Below are positions 7,973 through 17,073 of a stretch of DNA of 37,919 nucleotides, piece after piece. The notes under the pieces are model-generated. The model searched no databases. It was given only the letters and a program-made list of their open reading frames with translations, and had not been told where the DNA came from. Positions within the stretch are counted from its first letter, which is position 1; each line of letters starts with the position of its first letter. Position numbers and translations under genes: made by a program. This stretch comes from Anaerolineae bacterium. Its GTDB lineage: Bacteria > Chloroflexota > Anaerolineae > S140-20. Location of the stretch: NCBI GenBank assembly GCA_027021705.1, contig JALUTT010000088.1:1-37919 (forward strand). Reading direction: 5' to 3'.

Positions 7973-10900
7973 AGTAACCACCGGCGGCGATGTCGCCGAC
8001 AGCATCATCATCACCGGCGATCACAACGTCGTCCAAGTCGTCCACCAAGCCCGAGACGAGGCCGCCCGCCGGGGGCACGACCTGCGCCGGATGCTCCGCG
8101 TCCTGGTCCTCCTGGCCGCCCCCGTCGTCGGCGCCGAGCCCGGCGACCCCCCTCCGCCCCGCCTGAACCTGCCGGGCGAGTGGCGCCGGCTGGCGGAGGC
8201 CGTCCGCCAGAGCCAGGCCCCCATCGCCCTCATCCGGCTGATGCCCCCCACCCTGGAGGCCCTCCGCTTCGCCCTCAGCCCCCGCGCCCTGGAACAGGAG
8301 CTGGCCCCCCACATCCTCCACTTCGCCGGCCACGGGGGCCCCGACTACCTCCTCTTCGAGGACCCCTGGGGCCGCGCCGACCGGGTCCCCACGGAAGCGC
8401 TGCTCGCCCTGGGCCGAGACCTGCCCGCCCCCCTGGCCCTGGCCGTCTTCAACGGCTGCCGGACCGCCGATGGGGCCGACGCCGCCGCCCGGGCCGCGGT
8501 GGAGGGAGGGCTGGCCCGTGCCGCCCTGGGCCACCAGGAGCGGGTGGCCGACGAGGAGGCCATCCGCTTCGCCGCCCGCCTCTACGCCGAGCTGGCTCGG
8601 GGGGGCTACCCCCTGGAGGAGGCGCTGGAACGGGCCTGCGCCGACCTGGGCCTCCGGGGGCCGGCGACCGGCAGGGAAGGGCCGGAGGAGGGCCCCGTCG
8701 TCGTCGCCGGCCGCCCCTACCGCCCCCCACGCCTCTTCGGGGATCCCACCCTCCGGCTGGGGCCGCTGCCGCCGGGGGAGCCGCTGGTGGAGGACGCCCG
8801 CCCGCCCGGCACCCTCCCCTCCAACCCGACCCCCTTCTTCGGGCGGGGGGAGGAGCTGGTGAGCCTGGCCCGGGCCCTGGCCGACGACGACTGGCGGGTG
8901 ATCCTCCTCACCGGCATCGCCGGCATCGGCAAGACGGCGCTGGCGGTGGAGGCGGCCCACCGCAACGGCTGGCGCTTCGGCGGCGGCGTCACCTGGGCCG
9001 ACGCCCCCCAGCGCCCGGAGGCGGCCGCCGGCCTGACCGCCGACGACCTCCTGAGCCGGCTGGCGGCGGACCTCAGGCTGCCAGGGCAGCCGGGGGAGCG
9101 GCCCGCCGACCGCCTCCTGGCCCACTGCGCCGCCCGCCCCACGCTGCTGCTGCTGGACAACCTGGAGGCCTGGGCCCAGGCACGACCGGATCAGCTCGAG
9201 GTGCTGGCCGACTTCCTGCGCCGCCTGCCCGCCCCCTCCCACGCCTTGGTCACGCTGCGCCCGCCGTCGGCGCGGCTGGAGGCGCTGCCGAACGCCTGGT
9301 CGCTGCCGCTGGTGGAGGGGCTGGATTCGGACGCGGCCCGCGCCCTGGTCCGGCACGTGGCCCGGGTGAAGGACACGGCGGCGTTGCGGGAGGGGGCCGA
9401 GGCCCTTCGGTGGGCGGGGGCGCTGGCGGACCGGCTCCACGGCCACCCCAAGATGCTGGAGCTGGCGGTGGCCCAGGCGAAGCGGCGGGGGGTGAAGCGG
9501 CTGCTGCGGGAGCTGGAGACGCTGCGGGGGGAGCCGGAGCGGTGGCTGGCGACGATGGTGGGCTGGTCGGTGGAGCTGCTGGGGGAGGCGGGGCGGCGGG
9601 TGCTGCCCTATCTGCTCCTCTTCCCGGCCGGCTCCTGCCGGGGGGAGGCGATGGAGGCGGCGGTGGGGGGGGAGGCGGTGGCGGGGCTGGACGAGCTGCA
9701 CGACGCGGGGCTGGTCTTCTACGACGATGGAAGCGACCGCTACCGCTGGCACGGCTCGGTGGTGGACTACGTGGCGGGGCCCGGCGCTCCGGCCTTAGCG
9801 GAGGAGGAGGTGGCCGCCGCGCGGGTGCGGCTGTTGGCTCATTACGGCGGGTGGATAGAAGAGGTGGGCTGGGAGAACTACCGGGCCATCGCCACCGAGC
9901 AGGAGAACCTCTGGCCGCTGCTGGAGTGGGCGCGAGCCGCAGCCGAGGGAGGGGATGAGCGGGTATGCCACCCTTACGGAGAGCTGGCCTGGCGGCTGAA
10001 CCAGTACTTCATCGTGCGGGGATATTGGTCCGAGGGCATCCGCCACCTAGAGGCCGCCCTGGGCATCGCGCGGGCGGTGGGGGATCGAGCGCGAGAGGCC
10101 GGCCTTGTCCACCACCTGGCGGTGATGTACCAGGCCACCGGCGACTACGCCCAGGCCCGCCGCCTCTACCAAGAAAGCCGCCGGATCAAAGAGCGCCTGG
10201 GCGACCAACAGGGGCTGGCCGCCACCCTCCACGAACTGGGCCGCCTCGCCCAGGCCACCGGCGACTACGCCCAGGCCCGCCGCCTCTACCAAGAAAGCCG
10301 TCGAATCCTAGAGCGCCTGGGCGACCAACAGGGGCTGGCCGCCACCCTCCACGAACTGGGCCGCCTCGCCCAGGCCACCGGCGACTACGCCCAGGCCTAC
10401 CGCCTCTACCAAGAAAGCGCCGAGATCGAGAGGCAACTAGGCAACCAGAGGGGGCTGGCCGCCACTCTCCACAAACTGGGCTGCCTCGCCCAGGCCACCG
10501 GCGACTACGCCCAGGCCCGCCGCCTCTACCAAGAAAGCCGACAGATCTTCGAGCGCCTGGGCGACCAACAGGGGCTGGCCGCCACCCTCCACGAACTGGG
10601 CCGCCTCGCCCAGGACACCGGCGACTACGCCCAGGCCCGCCGCCTCTACCAAGAAAGCCGTCGAATCCTAGAGCGCCTGGGCGACCAACAGGGGCTGGCC
10701 GCCACCCTCCACGAACTGGGCCGCCTCGCCCAGGCCACCGGCGACTACGCCCAGGCCCGCCGCCTCTACCAAGAAAGCCGACAGATCAAAGAGCGCCTGG
10801 GCGACCAACTCGGCTGGGGGCAAACCACCTTTATGCTGGGGTGGCTGCTCTGGAAAGAGATGGGTGATGCTCCCCAAGCCATCGCCCTTTGGGAACAGGT

Positions 10901-11072
10901 GCTCTCCGTCTTCGAGCGCTACGACGTTGAGGAGATTATGGAACGTCGGGGCTTTCCGGTCCGTGAGGCACTGGAACAGGCAAAGGCCGGGCGCACAGCC
11001 GAAGAGTGGCTGGCCCAGGTGGAGCGGGAGATGGGGGATCGAGGAACGGGACAACGAATGGGGAACGAATAA
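7923..11072 (+). CDS. CHAT (caspase-like) - NB-ARC/STAND - TPR protein, bacterial NLR-like
   Basis: CHAT dyad motifs HILHFAGHG and VFNGCRT; FFGRGEEL; Walker A GIAGIGKT; Walker B LLLLDNLE; LHGHPKML; C-terminal TPRs. Start uncertain (7923 or 7944). Confidence 0.88.
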   Translation: MDRGLRTMDRGPRTEDQVTTGGDVADSIIITGDHNVVQVVHQARDEAARRGHDLRRMLRVLVLLAAPVVGAEPGDPPPPRLNLPGEWRRLAEAVRQSQAPIALIRLMPPTLEALRFALSPRALEQELAPHILHFAGHGGPDYLLFEDPWGRADRVPTEALLALGRDLPAPLALAVFNGCRTADGADAAARAAVEGGLARAALGHQERVADEEAIRFAARLYAELARGGYPLEEALERACADLGLRGPATGREGPEEGPVVVAGRPYRPPRLFGDPTLRLGPLPPGEPLVEDARPPGTLPSNPTPFFGRGEELVSLARALADDDWRVILLTGIAGIGKTALAVEAAHRNGWRFGGGVTWADAPQRPEAAAGLTADDLLSRLAADLRLPGQPGERPADRLLAHCAARPTLLLLDNLEAWAQARPDQLEVLADFLRRLPAPSHALVTLRPPSARLEALPNAWSLPLVEGLDSDAARALVRHVARVKDTAALREGAEALRWAGALADRLHGHPKMLELAVAQAKRRGVKRLLRELETLRGEPERWLATMVGWSVELLGEAGRRVLPYLLLFPAGSCRGEAMEAAVGGEAVAGLDELHDAGLVFYDDGSDRYRWHGSVVDYVAGPGAPALAEEEVAAARVRLLAHYGGWIEEVGWENYRAIATEQENLWPLLEWARAAAEGGDERVCHPYGELAWRLNQYFIVRGYWSEGIRHLEAALGIARAVGDRAREAGLVHHLAVMYQATGDYAQARRLYQESRRIKERLGDQQGLAATLHELGRLAQATGDYAQARRLYQESRRILERLGDQQGLAATLHELGRLAQATGDYAQAYRLYQESAEIERQLGNQRGLAATLHKLGCLAQATGDYAQARRLYQESRQIFERLGDQQGLAATLHELGRLAQDTGDYAQARRLYQESRRILERLGDQQGLAATLHELGRLAQATGDYAQARRLYQESRQIKERLGDQLGWGQTTFMLGWLLWKEMGDAPQAIALWEQVLSVFERYDVEEIMERRGFPVREALEQAKAGRTAEEWLAQVEREMGDRGTGQRMGNE
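10131..10809 (+). repeat. Six 120-bp type-B TPR DNA repeats, nearly identical to those at ~7250-7592
   Basis: Shared core CAGGCCACCGGCGACTACGCCCAGGCCCGCCGCCTCTACCAAGAAAGC. Confidence 0.95.
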
Positions 11073-11083
11073 ACGAATGATGT

Positions 11084-11719
11084 ATCGCACCGGCCTGGAA
11101 GAGCCGGTGCTGGGAGGTTGGGCGGCCCCCCGGCGCATCTCCCAGCCCCGCCGGTTCCACGGCGGGGCATCGCACCGGCCTGGAAGAGCCGGTGCTGGGA
11201 GGCTGGGCGGCCCCCCGGCGCACCTCCCAGCCCCGCCGGTTCACGGCGGGGCATCGCACCGGCCTGGAAGAGCCGGTGCTGGGAGGCTGGGCAGCCCCCC
11301 GGCGCATCTCCCAGCCCCGCCGGTTCCACGGCGGGGCATCGCACCGGCCTGGAAGAGCCGGTGCTGGGAGGCTGGGCGGCCCCCCGGCGCACCTCCCAGC
11401 CCCGCCTGTTCACGGCGGGGCATCGCACCGGCCTGGAAGAGCCGGTGCTGGGAGGTTGGGCGGCCCCCCGGCGCCCCCCAGCCCCGCCGGTTCACGGCGG
11501 GGCATCGCACCGGCTGGAAGAGCCGGTGCTGGGAGGTTGGGCGGCCCCCCGGCGCCCCCCAGCCCCGCCGGTTCCACGGCGGGGCATCGCACCGGCCTGG
11601 AAGAGCCGGTGCTGGGAGGCTGGGCGGCCCCCCGGCGCATCTCCCAGCCCCGCCGGTTCCACGGCGGGGCATCGCACCGGCCTGGAAGAGCCGGTGCTGG
11701 GAGGCCGGGCGGCCCCCCG
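11084..11719. repeat. Intergenic tandem array of 82-85 bp multi-palindromic units (7 full + 1 partial), REP/BIME-like
   Basis: Unit starts at 11084, 11169, 11253, 11338, 11422, 11504, 11586, 11671; stems GCACCGGC/GCCGGTGC and GCCCCGCCG/CGGCGGGGC. Confidence 0.92.
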
Positions 11720-11722
11720 ACA

Positions 11723-11797
11723 GACCGAGGACCGACGACTGAGGACTGAGGACTAAGGACTGAGGACTAAGGACTGAGGACTAAGGACTGAAGACTA
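11723..11797 (+). repeat. GGACTGA/GGACTAA heptamer array directly upstream of mutM
   Basis: About 10 heptamer units. Confidence 0.9.
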
Positions 11798-11800
11798 TCA

Positions 11801-12625
11801 ATGCCCGAACTCCCCGAAGTCGAAACCATCGCCCGCCAGCTCCGCCCCCCCCTCCTCGGGCGCACCTTCGTCCGCTTCTGGACCGACGCGCCGGCCCTCG
11901 TCACCCGCCCCTCCCCGGCCGAGATGGCGGCGCGGCTCCCCGGCCGGCGGATCGCGGCCCTCACCCGGCGGGGCAAGTACCTCCTCCTCCCCCTCGACCG
12001 GGAGGGCGCGCCGGCCGATACCCTCATCCTCCACCTAGGGATGACCGGCCAGCTCACCGTCGCGCCGGCCGACGCGCCGGCCGACCGCCACCTCCACGCC
12101 CGCTTCGACCTGGACGACGGCCGCCAGCTCCGCTTCCGCGACGTGCGCAAGTTCGGGCGCATCGCCCTGGTGGACGACCCGGCCTCGGTGGTGGGCCACC
12201 TGGGGCCGGAGCCCCTGGACGACGCCTTCACGCCGGCCGACTTCCGCCGACGGATCCGACGCCGGCGGGGCCGCCTCAAGCCCCTCCTCCTCGACCAGCG
12301 CTTCCTCGCCGGCGTGGGCAACCTCTACGCCGACGAAGCCCTCTTCCTGGCCGGCCTGGACCCCCGCCGCCCTGCCTCCTCGCTGACCGACGAGGAGATC
12401 GCCCGGCTCTACCACAGCCTGCGCCACGTGCTGCGCCGGGGGATCGAGAACGAGGGGGCCAGCCTCAGCGACTACCGCAAGCCCGACGGGAGCCCGGGCC
12501 GGGTCCAGGAGAGCCTCCAGGTCTACGGGCGGGCCGGCGCCCCCTGCCCCCGCTGCGGCACCCCCATCCAACGCCTCCGCCTGGCCGGGCGCAGCGCCCA
12601 CTTCTGCCCGCGATGTCAGGGGTAG
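11801..12625 (+). CDS. mutM: Formamidopyrimidine-DNA glycosylase / AP lyase
   Basis: MPELPEVET, RRGKYL, HLGMTG, LLDQ..AGVGNLYADE, CPRC..CPRCQ zinc finger. Confidence 0.97.
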   Translation: MPELPEVETIARQLRPPLLGRTFVRFWTDAPALVTRPSPAEMAARLPGRRIAALTRRGKYLLLPLDREGAPADTLILHLGMTGQLTVAPADAPADRHLHARFDLDDGRQLRFRDVRKFGRIALVDDPASVVGHLGPEPLDDAFTPADFRRRIRRRRGRLKPLLLDQRFLAGVGNLYADEALFLAGLDPRRPASSLTDEEIARLYHSLRHVLRRGIENEGASLSDYRKPDGSPGRVQESLQVYGRAGAPCPRCGTPIQRLRLAGRSAHFCPRCQG

Positions 12626-12853
12626 ACGACCGCCGACGACCGACCGCGGACCGCCGACCGGGGGAGGCACCGAGGTCTGGGGGATAAGGCACTGAGGAGC
12701 GGCATAGCGGCTGGCGGCCCGGCGGGAGGAGGCACCGAGAGCCGAGGCACTGAGGGGCGAGGGGCGAAGGGCAAGCGGCATAGCGGCTGGCGGCTTAGCG
12801 GCGGACTGAGGACCGTGGACTGTGGACTGCGGACTGTGGACTGAGGACTGCGG
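12626..12853 (+). repeat. Composite short-repeat cassette downstream of mutM
   Basis: GACCGCC, TAGCGGC, GGGGCGA and GGACTGN blocks starting right after the stop codon. Confidence 0.88.
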
Positions 12854-12856
12854 AAA

Positions 12857-12911
12857 TCTAATACAACTCTAATACCCCGCTAACGCTCATCTTATGCGAC
12901 CCGATTAGAAT
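12857..12911 (+). promoter_or_regulatory. Four 11-bp-phased boxes followed by a candidate -10 TAGAAT
   Basis: TCTAATA 12857, TCTAATA 12868, GCTAACG 12879, TCTTATG 12890; TAGAAT 12906-12911; no consensus -35. Confidence 0.55.
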
Positions 12912-12926
12912 GAAACCGGATTGTTG

Positions 12927-12951
12927 CGGTCGAACCCCTAGGGTTCAACCG
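12927..12951. promoter_or_regulatory. Dyad CGGTCGAACCC-cta-GGGTTCAACCG, candidate operator or leader hairpin
   Basis: 11-bp arms with one mismatch. Confidence 0.4.
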
Positions 12952-13005
12952 TCTGAGCAGCCGTGGGGACGGTGGTCCCACGGGTCCTAAGTCAGGAGGC
13001 GAACG

Positions 13006-13233
13006 ATGACCACCTTCCCCCGTTGTGCCAATTGCGGCATCCCCATCCGCTGGGAGCCGACCCTCGTCCAGGGACGCCCCTACTGCTGTCCCGGCTGTGC
13101 CCAGGGCGGGCCGTGCAGTTGCGACTACAGTCGGCTGCCCCGGCGGGGAGAGGAGGCCGCCCTGGTTCAGATGAGCACGCTTTCAACCAAAACCCTGTGG
13201 CCTGATGAGCATGGTCAGGAGAGGAGCGGATAG
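13006..13233 (+). CDS. Small Cys-rich metal-binding protein (metallothionein/TRASH-like)
   Basis: RBS AGGAGG; CANC..YCCPGC..CSC (7 Cys); ends 2 nt before dnaK. Confidence 0.72.
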   Translation: MTTFPRCANCGIPIRWEPTLVQGRPYCCPGCAQGGPCSCDYSRLPRRGEEAALVQMSTLSTKTLWPDEHGQERSG

Positions 13234-13235
13234 AT

Positions 13236-15152
13236 ATGAGCAAGATCGTGGGAATTGACCTGGGAACGACCAACTCCGTCGTCGCCGTGATGGAAGGCGG
13301 CGAGCCCACCGTCATCCCCACCGCCGAGGGGGGGCGGCTCTGCCCCTCCGTGGTCGCCTTCACCAAGGGCGGTGAGCGGCTGGTGGGGCAGCCGGCCAAG
13401 CGCCAGGCCATCGTCAACGCCGAGAACACCATCTACTCCATCAAGCGGCTGATGGGCCGGCGCTACGACGACGCCGAAACCCAGCGGACCCGGGAGATGG
13501 TCCCCTACGAGATCGTGCGCGGACCCCAGGATGACGCCCGGGTGCGCATCCCGGTGACCAACCGCGTCTACACCCCCCAGGAGATCTCGGCGATGATCCT
13601 GCAGAAGCTGAAGCAGGACGCCGAGGCCTACCTGGGCGAGCCCGTCACCAAGGCGGTGATCACCGTGCCCGCCTACTTCAACGACAGCCAGCGCCAGGCG
13701 ACGAAGGACGCCGGTCAGATCGCCGGGCTGGAGGTCGTCCGCATCATCAACGAGCCGACGGCCGCAGCCCTGGCCTACGGCCTGGACAAGAAGACCAACG
13801 AGACGATCCTGGTCTTCGACCTGGGCGGCGGCACCTTCGACGTCAGCATCCTGGAGGTCGGCGAGGGCGTCATCGAGGTCAAGGCCACCAACGGCGACAC
13901 CCACCTGGGCGGCGACGACTGGGATCAGCGGATCATTGACTGGATGGTGGAGGAGTTCAAGAAGGACCAGGGCATTGACCTGAGCCAGGACCGCCAGGCG
14001 ATGCAGCGGCTCAAGGAGGCGGCGGAGAAGGCGAAGATCGAGCTCTCGACGCTGAAGGAGACGGAGATCAACCTGCCCTTCATCACCGCCGACGCCAGCG
14101 GTCCCAAGCACCTCCAGATGCGGCTGACGCGGGCCAAGTTCGAGCAGATGACCGAGGACCTGGTGGAGCGCTGCCGCGTCCCCTTCGAGCGGGCCCTGGC
14201 CGACGCCAAGCTGACGGCCCGCGACATTGACGAGGTGATCCTGGTCGGCGGCGCGACCCGGATGCCGATGATCCAGGACCTGGTCCGGGAGCTGACCGGC
14301 GGCAAGGAGCCCCACAAGGGCGTGAACCCCGATGAGGTCGTCGCCGTCGGCGCAGCCATCCAGGCCGGCGTCCTGGCCGGCGAGGTGCGCGACGTCCTCC
14401 TGCTGGACGTGACGCCGCTGAGCCTGGGCGTGGAGACCCTGGGCGGGGTGATGACCGTCCTCATCCCCCGCAACACCACCATCCCGGTGAGCAAGAGCGA
14501 GATCTTCTCCACCGCCGAGGACGGGCAGACGGCCGTGGACATCAAGGTCTACCAGGGCGAGCGCCCGATGGCCGCCGACAACGTGCTGCTGGGCCAGTTC
14601 CGGCTGGACGGCATCCCGCCCGCGCCTCGGGGCGTGCCTCAGATCGAGGTCACCTTCGACATTGACGCCAACGGCATCCTGAAGGTCTCCGCCCAGGACA
14701 AGGCGACGGGCAAGCAGCAGCAGATCACCATCACCGCCACCACCAACCTGAGCAAGGAGGAGATCGAGCGGCTGGTGCGGGAGGCCAAGATGCACGAGGC
14801 GGAGGACCGGCGGCGCAAGGAGCTGGTCGAGGCCCGCAACACGGCGGACCAGGTGATCTACCAGACGGAGAAGGCGCTGCGGGAGCTGGGCGACCAGGTG
14901 CCCGCCTCCGACCGGAGCACCATCGAGGCCAAGATCGCCGAGCTGAAGAAGGTGATGGAGGGCGAGGACACCGCCACCATCCGGCGGCTGACCGAGGAGC
15001 TGCAGCAGGCCAGCTACGCGCTGGGGCAGCAGCTCTACGCCCGGCAGGCCCAGGCCGCCGGTCCCGGCGCGACCGGCCCGGGTGCCGGCGCCGGCCCGAC
15101 CCCCGGCAGCGGTGAGGAGGACGTGGTCGAGGGCGAGTTCCGCGAGGCGTAA
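13236..15152 (+). CDS. dnaK: Chaperone DnaK (Hsp70)
   Basis: [60 protein letters not shown]. Confidence 0.99.
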   Translation: MSKIVGIDLGTTNSVVAVMEGGEPTVIPTAEGGRLCPSVVAFTKGGERLVGQPAKRQAIVNAENTIYSIKRLMGRRYDDAETQRTREMVPYEIVRGPQDDARVRIPVTNRVYTPQEISAMILQKLKQDAEAYLGEPVTKAVITVPAYFNDSQRQATKDAGQIAGLEVVRIINEPTAAALAYGLDKKTNETILVFDLGGGTFDVSILEVGEGVIEVKATNGDTHLGGDDWDQRIIDWMVEEFKKDQGIDLSQDRQAMQRLKEAAEKAKIELSTLKETEINLPFITADASGPKHLQMRLTRAKFEQMTEDLVERCRVPFERALADAKLTARDIDEVILVGGATRMPMIQDLVRELTGGKEPHKGVNPDEVVAVGAAIQAGVLAGEVRDVLLLDVTPLSLGVETLGGVMTVLIPRNTTIPVSKSEIFSTAEDGQTAVDIKVYQGERPMAADNVLLGQFRLDGIPPAPRGVPQIEVTFDIDANGILKVSAQDKATGKQQQITITATTNLSKEEIERLVREAKMHEAEDRRRKELVEARNTADQVIYQTEKALRELGDQVPASDRSTIEAKIAELKKVMEGEDTATIRRLTEELQQASYALGQQLYARQAQAAGPGATGPGAGAGPTPGSGEEDVVEGEFREA

Positions 15153-15180
15153 GGGCGATGGCATAGGGACGCGCAAGGCA

Positions 15181-15210
15181 GGGGGGTGGCGTCACGGGCC
15201 ACCCCCCTTT
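15181..15210 (+). terminator. GC-rich hairpin after dnaK (weak terminator or mRNA stabiliser)
   Basis: GGGGGGTGGC-7nt-GCCACCCCCC followed by only TTT. Confidence 0.55.
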
Positions 15211-15243
15211 CAAGCGTGGGCACGGCCCAACAATCCGGCAAAC

Positions 15244-15342
15244 CCCTTTGTGCCCTTCGTGCTCTTCGTGTTCTTCGTGCCTTTCGTGCCCTTTGCGCCC
15301 TTCACACCCTTTGTGTTCTTCGTGCTCTTGGTGTCCTTCGTG
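15244..15342. repeat. Eleven nonamer repeats (YYYTTYGTG) between dnaK and grpE
   Basis: Reverse complement of the CACGAAG/CACAAAG nonamers at ~180-215 and 19470-19508. Confidence 0.9.
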
Positions 15343-15392
15343 TGTCGTGTGAACGTCCCAGAGACGGCGGAATCAGAACGGTGGAGTGAAGG

Positions 15393-16082
15393 ATGACGAA
15401 CCAGAACGGACGAAAGCGCATTCGCATCCCGGTACGAACGGTGGACCCCGACGAAGAGCGGCGGGCCGCCGAACAGACGATGGAGGTGCCGGCCGCCCTC
15501 CCGGCCGAGGAGCCGGAGCCCCTCGGCGGGCCGGCGGCGGAGGTCGAGGAGCCCCGAGCCGAGGCCCCCACCGCCCCGCCGGAGGCCCAGGGGGAAGGCG
15601 AGGCCCCCTGCCCCGAACCGGCCCCGGAGGCCGCCTCCGAAGCGGTGGAGGCATTGGAGGCGGAACTGGCCTCCTGGAAGGACCGGGCGCTCCGGCTCCA
15701 GGCCGAGATGGAGAACTACCGCAAGCGGATGGACCGCCGGGCGGAGGACCGGATCCGCCAGGAGCGGAAGCGGCTGCTGCGCACCTTCCTCACGGTGGCC
15801 GACAACCTGGAGCGGGCCCTGGCCCAGGGCGACCCCAACGATCCCCTCTATGAGGGCGTCGCCCTCACCCACCGGGAGCTGATGCGGCTCCTGGAGCAGG
15901 AGGGGGTGAAGCCCATCGAGGCGGTGGGTGCCCCCTTCGACCCGGCCCACCACGAGGCGGTGGCGACGACCGACAGCCGCAGCGAACCGATGGTAGTCGT
16001 GCAAGAGGTGGAGAAGGGCTACCTGCTGGACGACGAACTGCTGCGACCGGCCAAGGTGATCGTGGGCGGAGGGAACACGTAG
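15393..16082 (+). CDS. grpE: Nucleotide exchange factor GrpE
   Basis: [45 protein letters not shown]. Confidence 0.96.
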   Translation: MTNQNGRKRIRIPVRTVDPDEERRAAEQTMEVPAALPAEEPEPLGGPAAEVEEPRAEAPTAPPEAQGEGEAPCPEPAPEAASEAVEALEAELASWKDRALRLQAEMENYRKRMDRRAEDRIRQERKRLLRTFLTVADNLERALAQGDPNDPLYEGVALTHRELMRLLEQEGVKPIEAVGAPFDPAHHEAVATTDSRSEPMVVVQEVEKGYLLDDELLRPAKVIVGGGNT

Positions 16083-16125
16083 GAAAGCAGGAACCCGGTC
16101 GGCGCAGGACGGAGACGGAACGGCG

Positions 16126-17073
16126 ATGGAGTACAAGGACTACTACAAAATCCTGGGCGTCCCTCGGAACGCCACCGAGAAGGAGATCAAACGGGCCTTC
16201 CGCCGCCTGGCCCGCAAATACCACCCGGACGTGAACCCCGGCGACCCCGAGGCGGAGGCCCGCTTCAAGGAGATCAACGAAGCCTACGAAGTGCTCAGCG
16301 ACCCGGAGAAGCGGGCCAAGTACGACCAGTTGGGGGCGGACTGGCAGCGCTGGCAGCGGATGGGCGGTCGCCCCGAGGACTTCGACTGGAGCCGCTGGAC
16401 GAGCGCGGCGGGGCCGGGTGGCCAGCGCGTCTACGTCCGCTACGGGACGCCGGAGGACCTGGAGGACCTCTTCGGCGGGTCCAGCCCCTTCTCCGACTTC
16501 TTCGCCCAGATCTTCGGTGGGATGGGGGCCGGTCGGGGCTTCGAGTTCCGCCCCCGCCCCCAGCGGGGCCGGGACCTGGAGCACGAGGTGGAGATCACCC
16601 TGGAGGAGGCCTACCGGGGCACCACCCGCCTGCTGACCAAGGACGGACGGCGGCTGGAGGTCAAGATTCCGCCGGGGGTCAAGACCGGCTCCAAGGTGCG
16701 CATCGCGGGGGAAGGCGAGGCGGGCGTCGCCGGCGGCCAGGCCGGCGACCTCTACCTGCGCATCAAGGTCCTGCCCCACCCCCGCTTCGAGCGCCGGGGC
16801 GACGACCTCTACACCGAGGTCCCGGTGGACCTCTACACCGCCATCCTGGGCGGTGAGGTGCGGGTTCCCACCCTGAACGGCAGCGTCATCCTGACCATCC
16901 CGCCGGAGACCCAGAACGGGCGCATCTTCCGGCTGCGGGGCAAGGGGATGCCCCGGCTGAACCGTCCCCACGAACGCGGGGACCTCTACGCCACCGTCCA
17001 GGTGCGCCTGCCCCAGGGGCTGAGCCCCCGGGAGCGGGAGCTCTTCGAGGAATTGGCCCGGTTGAGGAAATAA
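16126..17073 (+). CDS. Class B J-domain co-chaperone (DnaJ/CbpA-like, no zinc finger)
   Basis: [12 protein letters not shown] motif, G/F region, DnaJ_C; no CxxCxGxG repeats. Confidence 0.92.
   Translation: MEYKDYYKILGVPRNATEKEIKRAFRRLARKYHPDVNPGDPEAEARFKEINEAYEVLSDPEKRAKYDQLGADWQRWQRMGGRPEDFDWSRWTSAAGPGGQRVYVRYGTPEDLEDLFGGSSPFSDFFAQIFGGMGAGRGFEFRPRPQRGRDLEHEVEITLEEAYRGTTRLLTKDGRRLEVKIPPGVKTGSKVRIAGEGEAGVAGGQAGDLYLRIKVLPHPRFERRGDDLYTEVPVDLYTAILGGEVRVPTLNGSVILTIPPETQNGRIFRLRGKGMPRLNRPHERGDLYATVQVRLPQGLSPRERELFEELARLRK

Noticed and set aside
7095..9752. 885-aa minus-strand ORF, and similar long overlaps (249-1667, 27733-30417, 33050-35347, 35331-37187)
   Set aside because: Antisense shadows of well-supported genes, caused by GC3 bias
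6294..10809. Diversity-generating retroelement TR/VR pair
   Set aside because: Repeats are all coding and tandem, differences are not adenine-specific, and no reverse transcriptase is present
11084..11719. CRISPR array
   Set aside because: Units are near-identical along their whole length with no unique spacers, and there are no cas genes in the window
10864..11756. Several ORFs across the 84-bp array
   Set aside because: Open only because the repeat lacks stops; unit lengths of 82-85 nt do not preserve a frame
12626..13235. Canonical CIRCE or exact HAIR upstream of dnaK
   Set aside because: Neither TTAGCACTC-N9-GAGTGCTAA nor CTTGAGT-N7-ACTCAAG was found by eye
13215..15176. 653-aa ORF antisense to dnaK
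   Set aside because: Shadow frame of a high-GC gene; no recognisable motifs
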